A DNA stretch of 63,921 nucleotides, filler included, from Octopus bimaculoides (GCF_001194135.2; 7 parts of 6 records of this genome joined end to end with filler, not necessarily neighbours in it); one strand, 5' to 3'; shown: positions 11,410-26,218, counted from the whole stretch's first letter. Made by a program: numbers and translations. Notes: generated from the letters alone by a model not told the origin.

Positions 11410-12648
11410 NNNNNNNNNNNNNNNNNNNNNNNNNNNNNNNNNNNNNNNNNNNNTTAATTAATTAANNNNNNNNNNNNNNNNNNNNNNNNNNNNNNNNNNN
11501 NNNNNNNNNGTGTGTGTGTGTGTGTGTGCGAACATATATATGTTTAATACATATAGATACACATATATATACATACACACATACACACTCACACAGATAT
11601 GTATATATATGTGTGTGTGCACGTATGGAAATATATATGTGTATAAACAGCTTCGCTAAATTTCAAACTTGGGGAAATCCCACTGTAACATTTTCGAAAG
11701 GTTAATGTTCGGATTTTCTTCGTAGGATCAGGTCATTCTCATTAAATAGTACCTTTCACGTTTTTGTCATTATTATGCATTAATGATAAACGCACACGCG
11801 CACACGCGCATGCACGCGCGCGCGCACACACACACAAACACACACACGCACACGCAGATATATCTCCAACACCTTCACCTATTTCAGATATTGGATGAAA
11901 GACATGCTCGAGTTCAAGCTTGAAAAATTTAAGCAGCGTATGTGTTTTGTTCTTGAGCTACAGTACTTGATTGTTCATAGAGGTAAAAAAAATAAAATAA
12001 AATCCCACCTGGTCGCTCGAACGCTTATTTCTGAGTCATGAGGCGATCATATCTTCGAGATATAGCAGTAATTTATGGGATATTTAATGACAACTTTTCT
12101 CAGAGGCTACATGGCTCATGCGATTGGTATGGCACCCCAGGCTAGTGCTGAATGGGAAGAAACTCAAGTACGGCTACAAATTACTTTGGTTAGAATTTGC
12201 AGTGAAATACTTGTGAAAGTAAAGAAATATATGAAGTTACTTCTTTCGTTAAATTTCATGAGACTTTAACATTCATCTGTTTTCAAATTAAGAAGAAAAT
12301 GATAATAACTCGAACAGAATGTTTTCTGCCAGCCTTAGGATTCTCTACTATATAATTTATAAAACACCAATTATTAACTCCATCTCGTAAGCGCTACACT
12401 TTGTGTTTATATATCAAATTGAATTATTACCCCTGCACATAGTTTCTCTTCTTTAGTTCTTAGGAAAAACATGTGTTTTACCCCGGTACGCTTATCAGTA
12501 ACCTCCCTTAATGCTCCCCAATCAGAGACATTTCAACATTCGGCAAAGCAGACTCAAGCAACTAGATCCGATAACTACTGTTTTAAGGATCTTCGAGAAA
12601 TTGACAATACTTTTGCTCTATTGTGATTACAAGCATACATACACGTGT

Positions 12649-12684
<36 letters not shown>

Positions 12685-13849
12685 CATACACACACACATA
12701 TACATATATACATAAATATATATATATATACATACATACNNNNNNNNNNNNNNNNNNNNNNNNNNNNNNNNNNNNNNNNNNNNNNNNNNNNNNNNNNNNN
12801 NNNNNNNATATATATATATATATATATATACATATATATATTGAAGTTATTGTCATAATCATTAGTAATATTTTCTTGATTTACTTATGAAATACCAAGT
12901 ATTTCAGCTTTATGAGAAAGTGTCAATTTTGACCTTTCACAACAAGAATCTAGTCAGTCAAGTGTGTCGTTTTCCCAATGGTTTTCCGCAAATTGATCTA
13001 GCATCCAGCCTTTTCAAAACAACAATATTCCATCTGTCAAATGTATGGCTGGTGTGCATTTAACAAATACAGTGACATACGGCATGGAAGAGTACTTCAA
13101 TTTACCTTAATGTTCGGGTGAAAACATTCTCCCATTCATTATGGACTCAGTAATTCGTAATTAATATGTTCTTGTTGGGATTATGATATATCGAATATGT
13201 CAGTTCGTTCACTGTTATGTGCGTCTTTAATGCCAGTAGATTATTCCGTTTTTAAGAGTGAGTATTCCTAATGTATATTAATAGATATCTGAGAAAATCA
13301 TCCTTTATAATCCGTGACCGTCATATTACTAGGAGAAAGCTTCTTGCCTGCTCTTTTCTAATATTCTGATTTGGTATTTTTGCAAATTAATACCGGCTTA
13401 TTGATCCGAAGCTAAAAATATTTAAAATGCAGATCTAAACGGTTTTAAATCTCTCATTATTCGTGTAGATTGTGCATATACTCCCGCGTATTCTGGAATA
13501 GCGAGTATTATCTCAGATTCAAACAAGCTTTAGCTGTCTGTATGTATTTTAGTAATACATTATCTTCAGTCCTTTCGATAATAACATTTAAAGGACAACT
13601 TTATATTAATATATCGTACAATTTATTCTACTGAAACAGCTGTGTGCTAAGGGAGCTGCTGCAGTCCATCTCTGAATGTAGGAGTCGACGTTTCATCAGT
13701 AACATTAGTTATTGAAACACTAATTAATTTGAGAGTGCTTTCAAAGTTAACAGCGGTAAGTAGTTCATAATATTTTAAAAGCTACTTGAACCTTCCCGCT
13801 TGTTGGATAAATACATTCTCCAAGCACAATATAGTATGAAAGTTCATAC

Positions 13850-14760
13850 TTTCGGCTGGTTGTACAGCACCTTATTGATTCTCTGTTTATACAAAAATCA
13901 ATACAGATTGCGAATACTTTCTCATATCCGCAGTTATTATTTAAATTTATAATATTAAATTGATTAGAACAAAACTTTGCAGACAACAGCTGCATATTTT
14001 CTGATCTTATGGTATCTTACACAGAGTACTAACAGTCAGAACCAATATTTTCACCTGCTGAATATTTGTATGTATAAAGAACTATAGAAGGTATAAACCA
14101 TTTTAGTACATATCGAAGAATTAAATTTCAAAGTGATACGTAGTGATAGTGGGTTAAAGAACAAAATATTTTGTACTAGTTTTAACCAATCTGGGATGAG
14201 GCAGAAAGAGGTGATTAGACTGCAAAATTTAACAACTATGATGCAGGATTTCATGAGAAATATTTTGCTATCATATAAAATACTTCTCCAAATTGTAAAA
14301 TGCACTTGGAAAACATGAGACATAACAACATTTAAAATAGATACATTTCAGATATAATGAATTACACACCTAATGAACAGAGCTGACTATTCAGTTTCAT
14401 TAAAGAAAGAAACTCAGTTTGGTTACATCTCTAAAAAGCAGCGAGAAAGGCGTAAACATAACAAGACCTTGATTTACTTTTTCTAGAGATTGGTGGTATT
14501 AGAACCTAGGAACTATTGTAGCAGACATATCGAGAGAATTTAATGATATATCAGCATAGAATGTGATGAGACAATGTTTGTCAAATATCATTGAAACTAA
14601 TGAGCTAAGCATTCCATTGGAAAGTGGCTGGACTTGATGGAACCAAAAGTTTTGGAATTTTTTAAAACTCTTATTAGAAATTCTTGTCTTCATTTCAACT
14701 ACTTTGAAATCTATGCCATTGAAGCTCGTTTTACAATGTTCCAAACAGAGTTTCAATAAT
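13850..14760 (+). mobile_element. Possible highly decayed hAT (Charlie/SPIN-like) transposase
   Basis: Only faint motif remnants (FSDLMVSYTE; FWNFLKLLLEIL..STT; YAIEARFTM) with many stops. Confidence 0.25.
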
Positions 14761-16685
14761 TAGAACTTATTAGTTAACTAGAAAAAAAAAGCCTATATTT
14801 TATTTTAAATCAATGGCGCCAAACAGACAAAAAATGAAATTCACGAACTATGGTATGAAACTGGTTTCAATATTAATATACAAAAAAATCTTTTGTTTCT
14901 TATCAAAAATAGAAAGTGAATACAATATCATTTTGTAAATATGATATATTATTCCCTAATTTGAGATGAATTATGATATTCTGTTTGTGTTTTTTCTTTA
15001 GCTTTGATAACGCCAATACTAAAACACACTAACACACGCACTCGCCAATAAGTTTTTACACATGGCATGAGACTGTTGATCGATCGGAGTTTAATATAGC
15101 AGGGGAACAATTGATCCATTTTCATATTCCCACCCGTAAAACTATTGACATGATGTGTTTGTGTTTACACTTTCATCATGATGCTTTGTTTATTTATTTA
15201 TATTTATATTTATATTTATTTTTTATTTTACTTCTAAAAACTAAACTAGATAAATATGAAAATCAAATAACAAATAATCAATATTATATGTCCAAATCAC
15301 TTCCTCTGAGAACGTGATTTTTTTTCTATGATTCTTCGTTTGGGCACTCATTAGCAAATAGTAAGTAAAACATGATTTATGTTGAAGACACTTTTAAAAT
15401 TTGCCGTCCATTTAGGAAAATGTCAAGCCAAATTTTTCTAGGGGGGAATTTTTCCTCGACGGCTCTTTGGTGCTTTGCTACCTTCGTTACAGTTGGTTAG
15501 CTGCAGCACGCCTGCCCACATCCATTCATTTGTGAGTGGGCATTTGTATGATTAATTGGACATATTGTCCCAGCTGTGCAAACTGAAAGCAAAACAAAAT
15601 ATTATCTGTTGTTTTCTAAGAAGAATTATGTGTTCAAAAACATATATTTCATATATTTATATATTATATACACATGCACATATATCATTATGAATTTATG
15701 AACACAGACACATATATATATATATAGGTACACGCACAAGCATATACACATACATATGTATACATATGTATATGAATAATTATATATATGTATGTATAAA
15801 TAGTCATATACATATATGTTTCTAGGTGTGTATATATTTATGTAGGTGTGTGTGTTTGTAGGTAGGAGAAATTTTAAATATAGTTTACGAATGAATGCAT
15901 ATTTTAATCTGTGTTGCTATAAATTTCTAGTAAAACAGAGAGGAAAAAACAATTTAATCACATAGAAAATAGTCCAGTAGTCAATTATTTTAACGAGGTG
16001 ATTGACTGCAGAAGACAGATTATAAATTATGGAAATGCCTTGGGGTGTTCATGGTGTATATTAGGTGTTGACGTCTAGAATTGGACGTTGTGAGACCTTA
16101 ATCCTCCCTTATGCTGAGCTCAGCACCAAACTTTAATCTGTAAACAACAGGCAGCGCAAAAAAAAAAAAAATAATAATTACAAAGAGGACCCATTAATGG
16201 GACCAGATATAACTGTAGAAGAATAAGAAGAAAAAGAAACTTCGGCAAGATTCTTAACTTAGAATTCTGAAGAAAGCAATATAAATTTTTGTCGGACATT
16301 TAGTCTGCGACTGTTGAAAATTGATATTATTTTCTAACATCATCACCGTCACACAACTGCAAGAAAGCTATTTGAATAACCGTAGTAAGTGTCTAATATT
16401 TATTCAAGTCAAGGAAGTAGTCTTGATCTTCGATAATTAAAAACAAAATCTCTCAATAATCACAACGTGCCTGTCTTAAAATGCCAATAATTACATTGTT
16501 GGCAAAGTTGTATTAGATTAATTATTTCACTAAAAAATGAAATGCTAACGAGTGTAGACTGAAGTAGATCATAGATCTACTTCATCAAATTTCGCCTAAT
16601 GTTAAACAGTAGCATCAACATCAAATAATACTTATTTAACCAAACTTTGTGAGTGGAAAGACATTTCATATCATATCTTATTATA

Positions 16686-16897
16686 CAGGGTGTCCACAAA
16701 GTCTGGGTACATGGAGATTAACACATACTTTAAGAAATTATTATTTCTTATATTTAATTGTTTATGCTATGATTTTATTTCCTCCATGTACCCATATGGG
16801 AATTAACACATACTTTAAGAAATTATTATTTCTTATATTTAATTGTTTATGTTATGATTTTATTTACTCCATGTACCCAGACTTTGTGGACACCCTG
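16686..16897. mobile_element. Tc1/mariner MITE with internal tandem duplication
   Basis: Perfect 31-bp TIR CAGGGTGTCCACAAAGTCTGGGTACATGGAG, TA on both sides, and an 85-bp internal duplication. Confidence 0.92.
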
Positions 16898-16965
16898 TAT
16901 ATCAAATACTGATGTCACTAAACCCTCAATACAGTTAATCCATGGCTGTGGCTTTTCTAATAAAG

Positions 16966-17309
16966 AAGTGGTTCTCAACCATGTTTTACATGTGAACCCC
17001 TTTGATTACTATTTTATTCTGCTGGACCCCTATAACCATTCGATGTTCATAACTATTTATATAGACACTTCTTTCAAAATTCCTGTTTTGTTTTTTACAA
17101 TTCACTTGTGTAGGTTGAACTATGTAAAACGTTTGAGAAAGAAATTTAGTTATTTTCTTACAATAAATACATCTGAATGAAAACTTTTCCTGGACCCTGA
17201 AAATACTAATGTGGATCTCTAATTTAATATTTCGCTTGCATGCCCCCTCCACCACCCACAATCCCATATGGGCTCCTCGGGCCAAATGGCACCCCGTTGA
17301 GAACCACTG
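16966..17309. mobile_element. hAT (Charlie/MER5-like) MITE
   Basis: Ends (A)AGTGGTTCTCAAC and GTTGAGAACCACTG; no matching 8-bp TSD. Confidence 0.65.
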
Positions 17310-17347
17310 TTGAACTGATCAGATGGAAATCGTTGGTGGAAAGGGAG

Positions 17348-17349
<2 letters not shown>

Positions 17350-17384
<35 letters not shown>

Positions 17385-17900
17385 GGTGTGTGAATGGGTG
17401 CATGTGTGTGTGTGTATGTATATGTGTGTATATATATATACATACATACAAGTGTGTACATATATACAAAAATGTGTGTGCGTGTGTGCGTGTTTGCACG
17501 TTTGTATATATACAAGAATGTATGTATATAAACAGGCAAGAAAGCAAAGGTGCGCGTGTGTGTGCATATGTATATGTGAAGGTTTCGGTATGTGTGTGTG
17601 TGTGTATGTGCATGTATGCGTACGTATGTGGGTGCGTGTGTGGGCATTTGCATGCTTGTATATATACAGGAATGTAGGTATATATACAGGCACGTATGTA
17701 TAGGTGAGCGTGTAAGTACATATGTATATGTGAAGGTTTCTGTATAGGTGTGTGTGTGTGTATGTGTATGGATGTATGTGTGTGTATGGGTATGTGTGCA
17801 TGGGTGCACGTATATGTGTATGTGCATGTGTCTGTGCATGTGCGTACACGCACGCGTTTGTACATATGCGTGTGCGCGCTGGCACGCACATATGTAAACA
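17350..17900. repeat. Compound degenerate (TA/TG/CA) microsatellite field
   Basis: Direct observation; it is the source of the stacked HT/YI/CV ORFs. Confidence 0.9.
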
Positions 17901-20900
17901 TTCACTATACTTATTTCCCCATATTCAAATAACTCTTTGGCCTCAACCTTTAGCATCACGTCAAAAACACCCTCCCTTTATATTTCTATGTAAACTAGCG
18001 TTCTTATTACTAAAGCCCATGGAATAATATCGTTGACCCCTTTAGATCTCTATGTAAACAAACCTTCTAACGGTCACTGACCATGTAACATCTCAGCTCG
18101 TAAGTTACCCCATTATTTCGTTTTTGTCTTGCTATTACATGTTTTATTATGAACTCCCTGAAGAGAAATGGATGAGGACCCCAATAGCTCTTTCTTCTTT
18201 GTGAAAGCAGGATAATTTATTTCGAAACATATATGTAGGAATTACAGGAACTTTCATCGACATGCGTTTTGCTCCATTTATTATTATCCATATATATATA
18301 TATANNNNNNNNNNNNNNNNNNNNNNNNNNNNNNNNNNNNNNNNNNNNNNNNNNNNNNNNNNNNNNNNNNNNNNNNNNNNNNNNNNNNNNNNNNNNNNNN
18401 NNNNNNNNNNNNNNNNNNNNNNNNNNNNNNNNNNNNNNNNNNNNNNNNNNNNNNNNNNNNNNNNNNNNNNNNNNNNNNNNNNNNNNNNNNNNNNNNNNNN
18501 NNNNNNNNNNNNNNNNNNNNNNNNNNNNNNNNNNNNNNNNNNNNNNNNNNNNNNNNNNNNNNNNNNNNNNNNNNNNNNNNNNNNNNNNNNNNNNNNNNNN
18601 NNNNTATATATATATATATATATTTGTATATAAAGTTTCGTTAAAAAATACTTGATACAATTACAAAAATAAAGGAAGATTTCTTTATAAGTTATCAACT
18701 TGTTAAAGAAAATTATTTAGAGAATAGAATGTCACCGACCTTTGAGGAAGAGGTTTTATGCGTTGTATACTACTTGGAATGTGATCACTATTAGACATTG
18801 CTTAAACTCGCCATTGCTAAGGATTTATGTAAATCGGGTTCACTGATTTGCATATATAACCCATTGTTGGCAACTAGTACAATTAATAAACTTCATGGTA
18901 TGAACAGAGCTTTGTTTCAGTGACAATATATTTACTACTGTCTATTATGTACGCTATTTACGAAAATCGATAGATACATTGTGTAGTAAAGAACAGCATT
19001 GAAACAAAACACTTCAATGCAGATTAATTCAAGTTTCCACCTAAACACAAAGAGGGCATTATTTTAACAATAATAGTGTCTTTGAGAGGTTGACTCTATG
19101 GCTACATAATGATTGTATTACATCACTCATGAAATCCCAATACGGGTGTGAAACTATTTCAGATGATACCCTGTTTTCTGCCCAAGAATACATTGTATAT
19201 AAAAAAATGCTGTTCCAATTTGTCTTAATACATAGTGTTAACTAAAATCCCTAGCATATTTTATAGAACAGTAAAGCTATTAACCATTTAATCCGCAGTC
19301 CATAAAGTACTTCTCTGCAATTATTTCTCATACCAAACATTAATATATTCACACTGTAATTTCTGCAATTTAATTTTACACTCAATTTACGTTCACAGGG
19401 CACCGTCAATTCAAAAATATTGGCATATTTTAGTCAAAATATTCCACGATAAAATATTAACGTTTTGTTTCGTTATTGCAATACGGTTTCAAACTACGGT
19501 GCTTCATTCATTCTGAGGCATCTTTTGTTTATTTAGAAGTTTCGAACAGGTTTTCTTTTTCATCTGCAATTCTTTTTCGTGTTCTTTGTGGAAAACTGCA
19601 AAGTGTGAGTTAGGTGTCTCTCTTGTAACATGCAGCCAAATATAACTGACATATTGAAAATCGAAGTGGAACATGGACACGATTAACGACATAAGTAAAA
19701 AGTGGGACGCCTCTCATCAGATATGGAGATCAGAAACTGCTTAGTTTCGGTGCATTTAAAATCCATATGCATTTAATTCTGTGGTACTAATGATAGCTCT
19801 TATCACTGAAACAATAGACGTTAGAAAGAAAACGATTTAAAAGTTGTGCCTATAGTAGAAATGAATATTATTATATTTAGTACTGACCCACGTAGTATAA
19901 CAAATGGGCCTCTTCTCTCTCTGAGACACAAATTTATTCGAAGCCTTAGAGTAAAATTTATTATTTGGTGTATTAGCCCAAAATAAATTTCAAATATCAG
20001 TGGATAATCGGATCCCGTTATACTGACGGAATAATAGAGGATGCAGTCCCCTAATCTGGAACGCGATGTGCAAAGACACGTTCTCTGACCCAACCTTGCT
20101 GTATCGGCCACAAACCCGGGCATCACCACCAGTAACGCAGACTAGAGAAAAATAAGTTTGTATAGGAACCTGACCGGTAGCAGTCAGTTGGTGGCTGCCA
20201 CCGTCGAGACCTCGAGAGTTTTTTGGATTCCGCACGATCGATATCTTCTGCAAAATCGCGATAGCTGCGGCCCGTTTGAGAAATGAGTCTCGCGAGTTGG
20301 ACGGTTGCTGTAGCTAGTGTCGTTGGACTTTCTCCCCTGCAACGTTATCATGGTCACGTCCACAGGGTGTGACCGAACAGGCCATTTGTTCTGGGGTGTA
20401 CTACCCACTTCATCTTCTGCTGTTTAATCTCTACTGTTTTTCTCTTTCGTTTTTTCAATATTTATGTAAATAAAAATAACTGTAAATAAAATTAAAAAAT
20501 ATTAAAAGTTAAAATAATTTAACTCTATAATATGCAAAAGAAAAACGGTTTGATATAGCTCTGCCATACATTTGTAATCCACAATATGGAGCAGGAAAAT
20601 GTAATAGGGACGATATGAAACATTGGGATTGGATGAGATCCGTGGACGGTCATTATTTTTGCATGGCAGCATGAAAGGGTAATTACATCAGAGTTTGAGA
20701 AAGATGAGATATGGTCAGGCTGAAGTCAAAATGGATATCGAAATTTCAGTGACTCAGAAGATCCCATGGACATACAAGAATGGGTATAGGTAAGCATGCA
20801 TATGTAGAAGCAAAGGCAGCAGGCCTCAACAAACCTCTGGAGCACCGTCAGTCACAGCGAAAAGTGAATAGACAATTTTGCCTAATAACTGGCAACAGTA

Positions 20901-21205
20901 GCACTACTCCATCATTGGATGCCGAGGAATGAATAACCGACGCAGAGATAAATATCTAAACTCTCAGAGGAATTACAAAAGTAAAAAGGAGAAATAAGTT
21001 TTATAAAACTTAAGTTTAATTGTGTAACATTCCATCCATCATCTTTCTTTAAAAAAATTGCGCCACCCAAACGTTTAGTCACCTGTTTGACATCCATTAT
21101 ATTTTAATCGTATCGCTTAGAGAACTTGGGGTGGTGTGTTGGGCACCAGGCAGAATATTGGACGAACCGTTAGACAAAATGCCCCGAGGTATTTTATATG
21201 CTTAT

Positions 21206-21344
21206 GTGCAAGCGTGGCTGTGTGCTAAGAAGCTTGCTTCTCAACCATATGGTTCCGAGTTCTGTCATTATACAAGTGTCCTCTACTTTAGCCTCGAGCC
21301 GACTATAGCTATGCGGATTTGGTAGGTAGAAACCGAAAGAAGAG
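21206..21344 (+). mobile_element. tRNA-derived SINE family A, degenerate 5' part
   Basis: GTGGCTGTGTGCTAAGAAGCTTGCTT...CAAGTGTCCTCTACT, matching the copy at 25807. Confidence 0.75.
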
Positions 21345-21651
21345 TTATATATATATATAATTTTTAAAGAGGACAACAAACATTAAAGCATGGCAAACAT
21401 TTGAAGTCGTATACAATATTATTACTGGAAAAAAAAAATTATTATTGGAAAAAAATTCCAAAAATAATATTCTATACGACTTAAGATGTTTGCCTTGCAT
21501 TAATGTTTGTTGTCCTATTTAAAAATTATATATCCGCTGCATCGGAAATCTGCAATGGCTCCATAACTGCTGTCTCGGCTATAACCTAGAAGCCCTAGTA
21601 ATCCGTAACAGAACTTACCCAGTGTACCTAATCGTTTAGATCACCCCATAC

Positions 21652-21704
<53 letters not shown>

Positions 21705-22101
21705 NNNNNNNNNNNNNNNNNNNNNNNNNNNNNNNNNNNNNNNNNNNNNNNNNNNNNNNNNNNNNNNNNNNNNNNNNNNNNNNNNNNNNNNNNNNNNNNN
21801 NNNNNNNNNNNNNNNNNNNNNNNNNNNNNNNNNNNNNNNNNNNNNNNNNNNNNNNNNNNNNNNNNNNNNNNNNNNNNNNNNNNNNNNNNNNNNNNNNNNN
21901 NNNNNNNNNNNNNNNNNNNNNNNNNNNNNNNNNNNNNNNNNNNNNNNNNNNNNNNNNNNNNNNNNNNNNNNNNNNNNNNNNNNNNNNNNNNNNNNNNNNN
22001 NNNNNNNNNNNNNNNNNNNNNNNNNNNNNNNNNNNNNNNNNNNNNNNNNNNNNNNNNNNNNNNNNNNNNNNNCACGCACACACATATATTCTTACATATA
22101 T

Positions 22102-22178
<77 letters not shown>

Positions 22179-24944
22179 AGCATACATACATGCCTACATA
22201 TATACACATACATATGTATGGTATATTTCTATCTGTTAGCTTGCGAGCGGCAAAATATTTCATAAACGCGTGCACTTTCAAAGAATTTGCTAGACCAAGT
22301 TTTTGCGTCAAAGCAATTTCTGACGAAGCCGTGTGTTTGAATCAAAGCTGTGATGTTGTCAGCAGTTGCACAGAGAGTTTCTGTCATAGCAATTCATTCA
22401 CAAGGCTCGAGTCGTATCAAGGTAATGCTAAAATTTATTTTCTCAAGCTACAACATACTACGATCGATCCCGGAACATTTGTGTTTACGGAGCGAACTTG
22501 TTACCCTCATAATCGAACCTCAATTTATCAATATATCAAATTTATGAACCAGTTATATCGCAGAATGCCTGTGCTTTTTTCTTCGTTTACATCGATATTA
22601 ACTTTATTGAAGGTCTGTTTTAGTAATGTAAATCAGCTCTACAGATCGATGCTAATGCCACATACATACATAATCACATTCAGCAAAGCAACGTATCAAC
22701 ACCAACGACTATCAACACCAACACAGTGTAAAAGTGCTAGTAGTTAACAGTTGAACAGCATCCTTTATCAGACAGCGGTAGGCCTTACTGCTTTCAGCGC
22801 ATGACTAAATACTTCCTATCGTCGAGTTCCTGCGCGGATCTGAGCTAAGTAAATTTTTAATTTCAAAATATTATAGTCTAATATAAAAGTTTAAAATACT
22901 GATTTAATTTTTCTTTTGTTTCCGATTCTTTAAATCCAGCGAGGGTTGCATTAACTTTCTAAAACACTTGTAATTTCATTTCACGTTCCTTCATATAAAT
23001 CATACTACTCTAATATCATTACGCATGAAGCCGGTTCAGTTTACAATCACAATAAATTCATTCAATCTATTTGAGAAGCAAGTAAATTTCAGCGTGTAGA
23101 TTAATTTCCTGAAACATTACTTGATATGCAGTGTCATACTTAACAGAATCAGTAACATTCACATATCTAAATGATTTATTTTGACCAGCTATACAAACTA
23201 ACTGATTTCCATACGCAATTTCATGATTAAGAACATTGCGTGACACCTTCATACCCAGCTACATTAATATACTTGAAGATTTCAGATTTGAAATTACGGA
23301 GTGACCCACTTCCTTTGCACTTCGCTATTATACTCACCAGATGTTATGAAGTAATTCTATCACAATCGAATTCTCATGTTAAATAAAGGCTCACAAACAA
23401 ATTCCTTTGGATTCCAATTAAGCCCTACGATATCGATTCTTCCTGCCACAAACATTTGATCAACGTTCTCACTAGCTTTGCTCCTTATATCACAGATGCA
23501 TGACCTTTCGTTGCTACTCTACTATTCTTAACAATTCTGACTGGATCGCCCCCACTGCACAACCACCCAGTCTGCATATGTTGACATGGCTGTTCGATGT
23601 CTCAGTGTGAGCGGGATTACTAGCAACTTCTGTTTCTGAAACATTGTATCAAGAGTCTGTACATAATGAAGAGACCAGAGAAAGGCGACCCTTCATAGGT
23701 TAAGCGTGTGATTTGAAACAGTTCTGATAGATGAACATTCTGACCTCTGAGCAGATGCCATTGTGCATTAAAGGGTCCAGCCTCTAAAAATGGGGCTGAA
23801 AAATGGCGCCGAAACCGACTACTCAAAGAACAGCTATCAACAAAGGATGGACGACACTGTTGAAAGCGCTGGATTGATTCAAATTGACCTGTAATCGAAA
23901 CCACGTTCATAGTACACCATAAAATCTACTCTGTCTAGTTACGATATGAACAAACACTGTATATACTCTCTATGCATGCACTTCATTCAGCTGATCCAGT
24001 GAGTACCAGTTAAAGAAATGAAAATGTTGGTGTAGAATTGTGAGGCTGTAACACCCGTTTTTTTCCAACAGACGGTATTTTCAAAACGCCACTTTATTTT
24101 TCACTAGTACATGCGCACCGTTCCGATAACGGTTCTAGCCACAAGAATAAATCCATCTTTTCTGTCTAGATCGAGGCACAGCCGGTCATTAATCTAAAAG
24201 TACCACTTTTGTTCTTCTCAGTGTTCAACCCCCATCAACTTACAATCCAGTTTCAGGAAAATTTTCCGTATCTCAGGATCTAAATCTTTTCGAAGTAACA
24301 CTATCACTCCGTCAACAGATCCCGGCTAACTACATGATGTATGTATAGAACTCGTATATATTGGATAGCCCCGGGCTGCCTGCGTTGTGCAATTCTTGGT
24401 TACGATGTTGATTATCAGATTTATGCCCTGTGATCTGGGGAGGTAGAGCAAATGACGTTGATTTGAAGCTAAACCCATGTTACAAACATTTATAAATTCT
24501 ACTCTGAATGTAAAAGGGAGAGAAACGCAAAAGGGAGTGATCACATGACTCGGAACCAGTCCGTGTGTTTCTATCGGCAGAATGACACTCCGATATTTAT
24601 TTAGGCAGAAGACAAACAGTTTGGAGAGAAATGGGTTAAGCGATGCCAACGATCCCAATTCGAGATTGCTTTTTTTTTTTTTTTTTTNNNNNNNNNNNNN
24701 NNNNNNNNNNNNNNNNNNNNNNNNNNNNNNNNNNNNNNNNNNNNNNNNNNNNNNNNNNNNNNNNNNNNNNNNNNNNNNNNNNNNNNNNNNNNNNNNNNNN
24801 NNNNNNNNNNNNNNNNNNNNNNNNNNNNNNNNNNNNNNNNNNNNNNNNNNNNNNNNNNNNNNNNNNNNNNNNNNNNNNNNNNNNNNNNNNNNNNNNNNNN
24901 NNNNNNNNNNNNNNNNNNNNNNNNNNNNNNNNNNNNNNNNNATT

Positions 24945-24993
24945 AAGAACAGCAACAACAACAAAAACTACTACAACTATTACTACCACCACC

Positions 24994-25083
<90 letters not shown>

Positions 25084-25085
25084 TC
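24945..25085. repeat. Compound trinucleotide array (CAA/CTA/CAC/CTG)
   Basis: Direct observation. Confidence 0.95.
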
Positions 25086-25806
25086 TGCAGTGACATCGCT
25101 CAAGAATGTTTCGTAGAAGGCTGGCACTAATAGAAAAATACCAAATGCAGACATTTTCAAGCAACAATTGTCAAAAGCGCTATTTACATTAAACTCACAA
25201 AACGAGCACAACAAATATCACTGAAGTTACATTTTGGGGAATATCAAATCAGTTTTAGAGAATATTGCATGAATATATTTGTGAATAATATCGATCATCA
25301 GTAACAAATAATCGAATTCCGTTCATTATATATCGTACAAAAGTAACAAAATGTAATTTAAAAACGCAAAATTTTGTTGTGTATTAGTGGAAGTAAAATT
25401 TTACGTCTGTGCTCAACATGGAAGCCATGAAGAAGACCTCTAAGTAGTCATTTGACTTGCTAGAAATAGAAGACAACTTCTAACCTAAGCAATGGTATAA
25501 GAGAGTAGAGTTAGTTTTACAGACTTAAAGAAACATATCAGATATTAATCGAAGGCTCGTCTTTGAGTATAGGATGGCATGATCAGGTAGGTCTACGTCT
25601 AAATAACAGCAAAGACACACTGCGCACAAAAAATGTTGTCTGACTGAGGCAGAAAGTGAAAATGCTACAACAAAATTGCTTTGATAAGTTTTATTTATAT
25701 CTAGCTCATAATACACAATAACTGTTTTACTCCGCTTTCCTTAATTTTTGGGGATAAAAATTTCGATTCACCAAGGGAAAAAAAAAGAGATTTTAAGAGT
25801 TAATGT

Positions 25807-26218
25807 AGGCGCAGGAGTGGCTGTGTGGTAAGTAGCTTGCTTACCAACCACATGGTTCCGGGTTCAGTCCCACTGCGTGGCACCTTGGGCAAGTGTCTTC
25901 TACTATAGCCTCGGGTCGACCAAAGCCTTGTGAGTGGATTTGGTAGACGGAAACTGAAAGAAGCCTGTCGTATATATGTATATATATATATATGTTTGTG
26001 TGTATGTGTGTCTGTGTTTGTCCCCCCCCCCCAACATCGCTTGACAACCGATGGTGGTGTGTTTAGGTCCCCGTAACTTAGCGGTTCGGCAAAAAGAGAC
26101 CGATAGAATAAGTACTAGGCATCCAAAGAATAAGTCCTGGGGTCGATTTACTCGACTAAAGGCGGTGCTCCAGCATGGCCACAGTCAAATGACTGAAACA
26201 AGTAAAAGAGTAAAAGAG
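25807..26218 (+). mobile_element. Full-length tRNA-derived SINE family A (octopus OK/OR-type; exact family name not asserted)
   Basis: A/B-box-like head GGCTGTGTGGT...GGTTCAGTCCC, core CCTTGGGCAAGTGTCTT, central (TA/TG)n, LINE-like tail and (GTAAAAGA)n end; multiple copies in the window. Confidence 0.9.

Noticed and set aside
11410-11509. TTAATTAATTAA embedded in N runs (also at 34572, 42337, 54594, 57854 and 62807)
   Set aside because: Always exactly 44 N + 12 nt + 44 N = 100 and containing stops in all six frames; an assembly gap marker, not biology.
23560-23910. GC-balanced unique stretch with a 96-aa minus-strand ORF
   Set aside because: No recognisable motif, splice context or repeat structure to support any call.
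25807-25880. tRNA-like heads of SINE families A, B and C as tRNA genes
   Set aside because: No complete cloverleaf, and each continues into shared SINE core and tail sequence.
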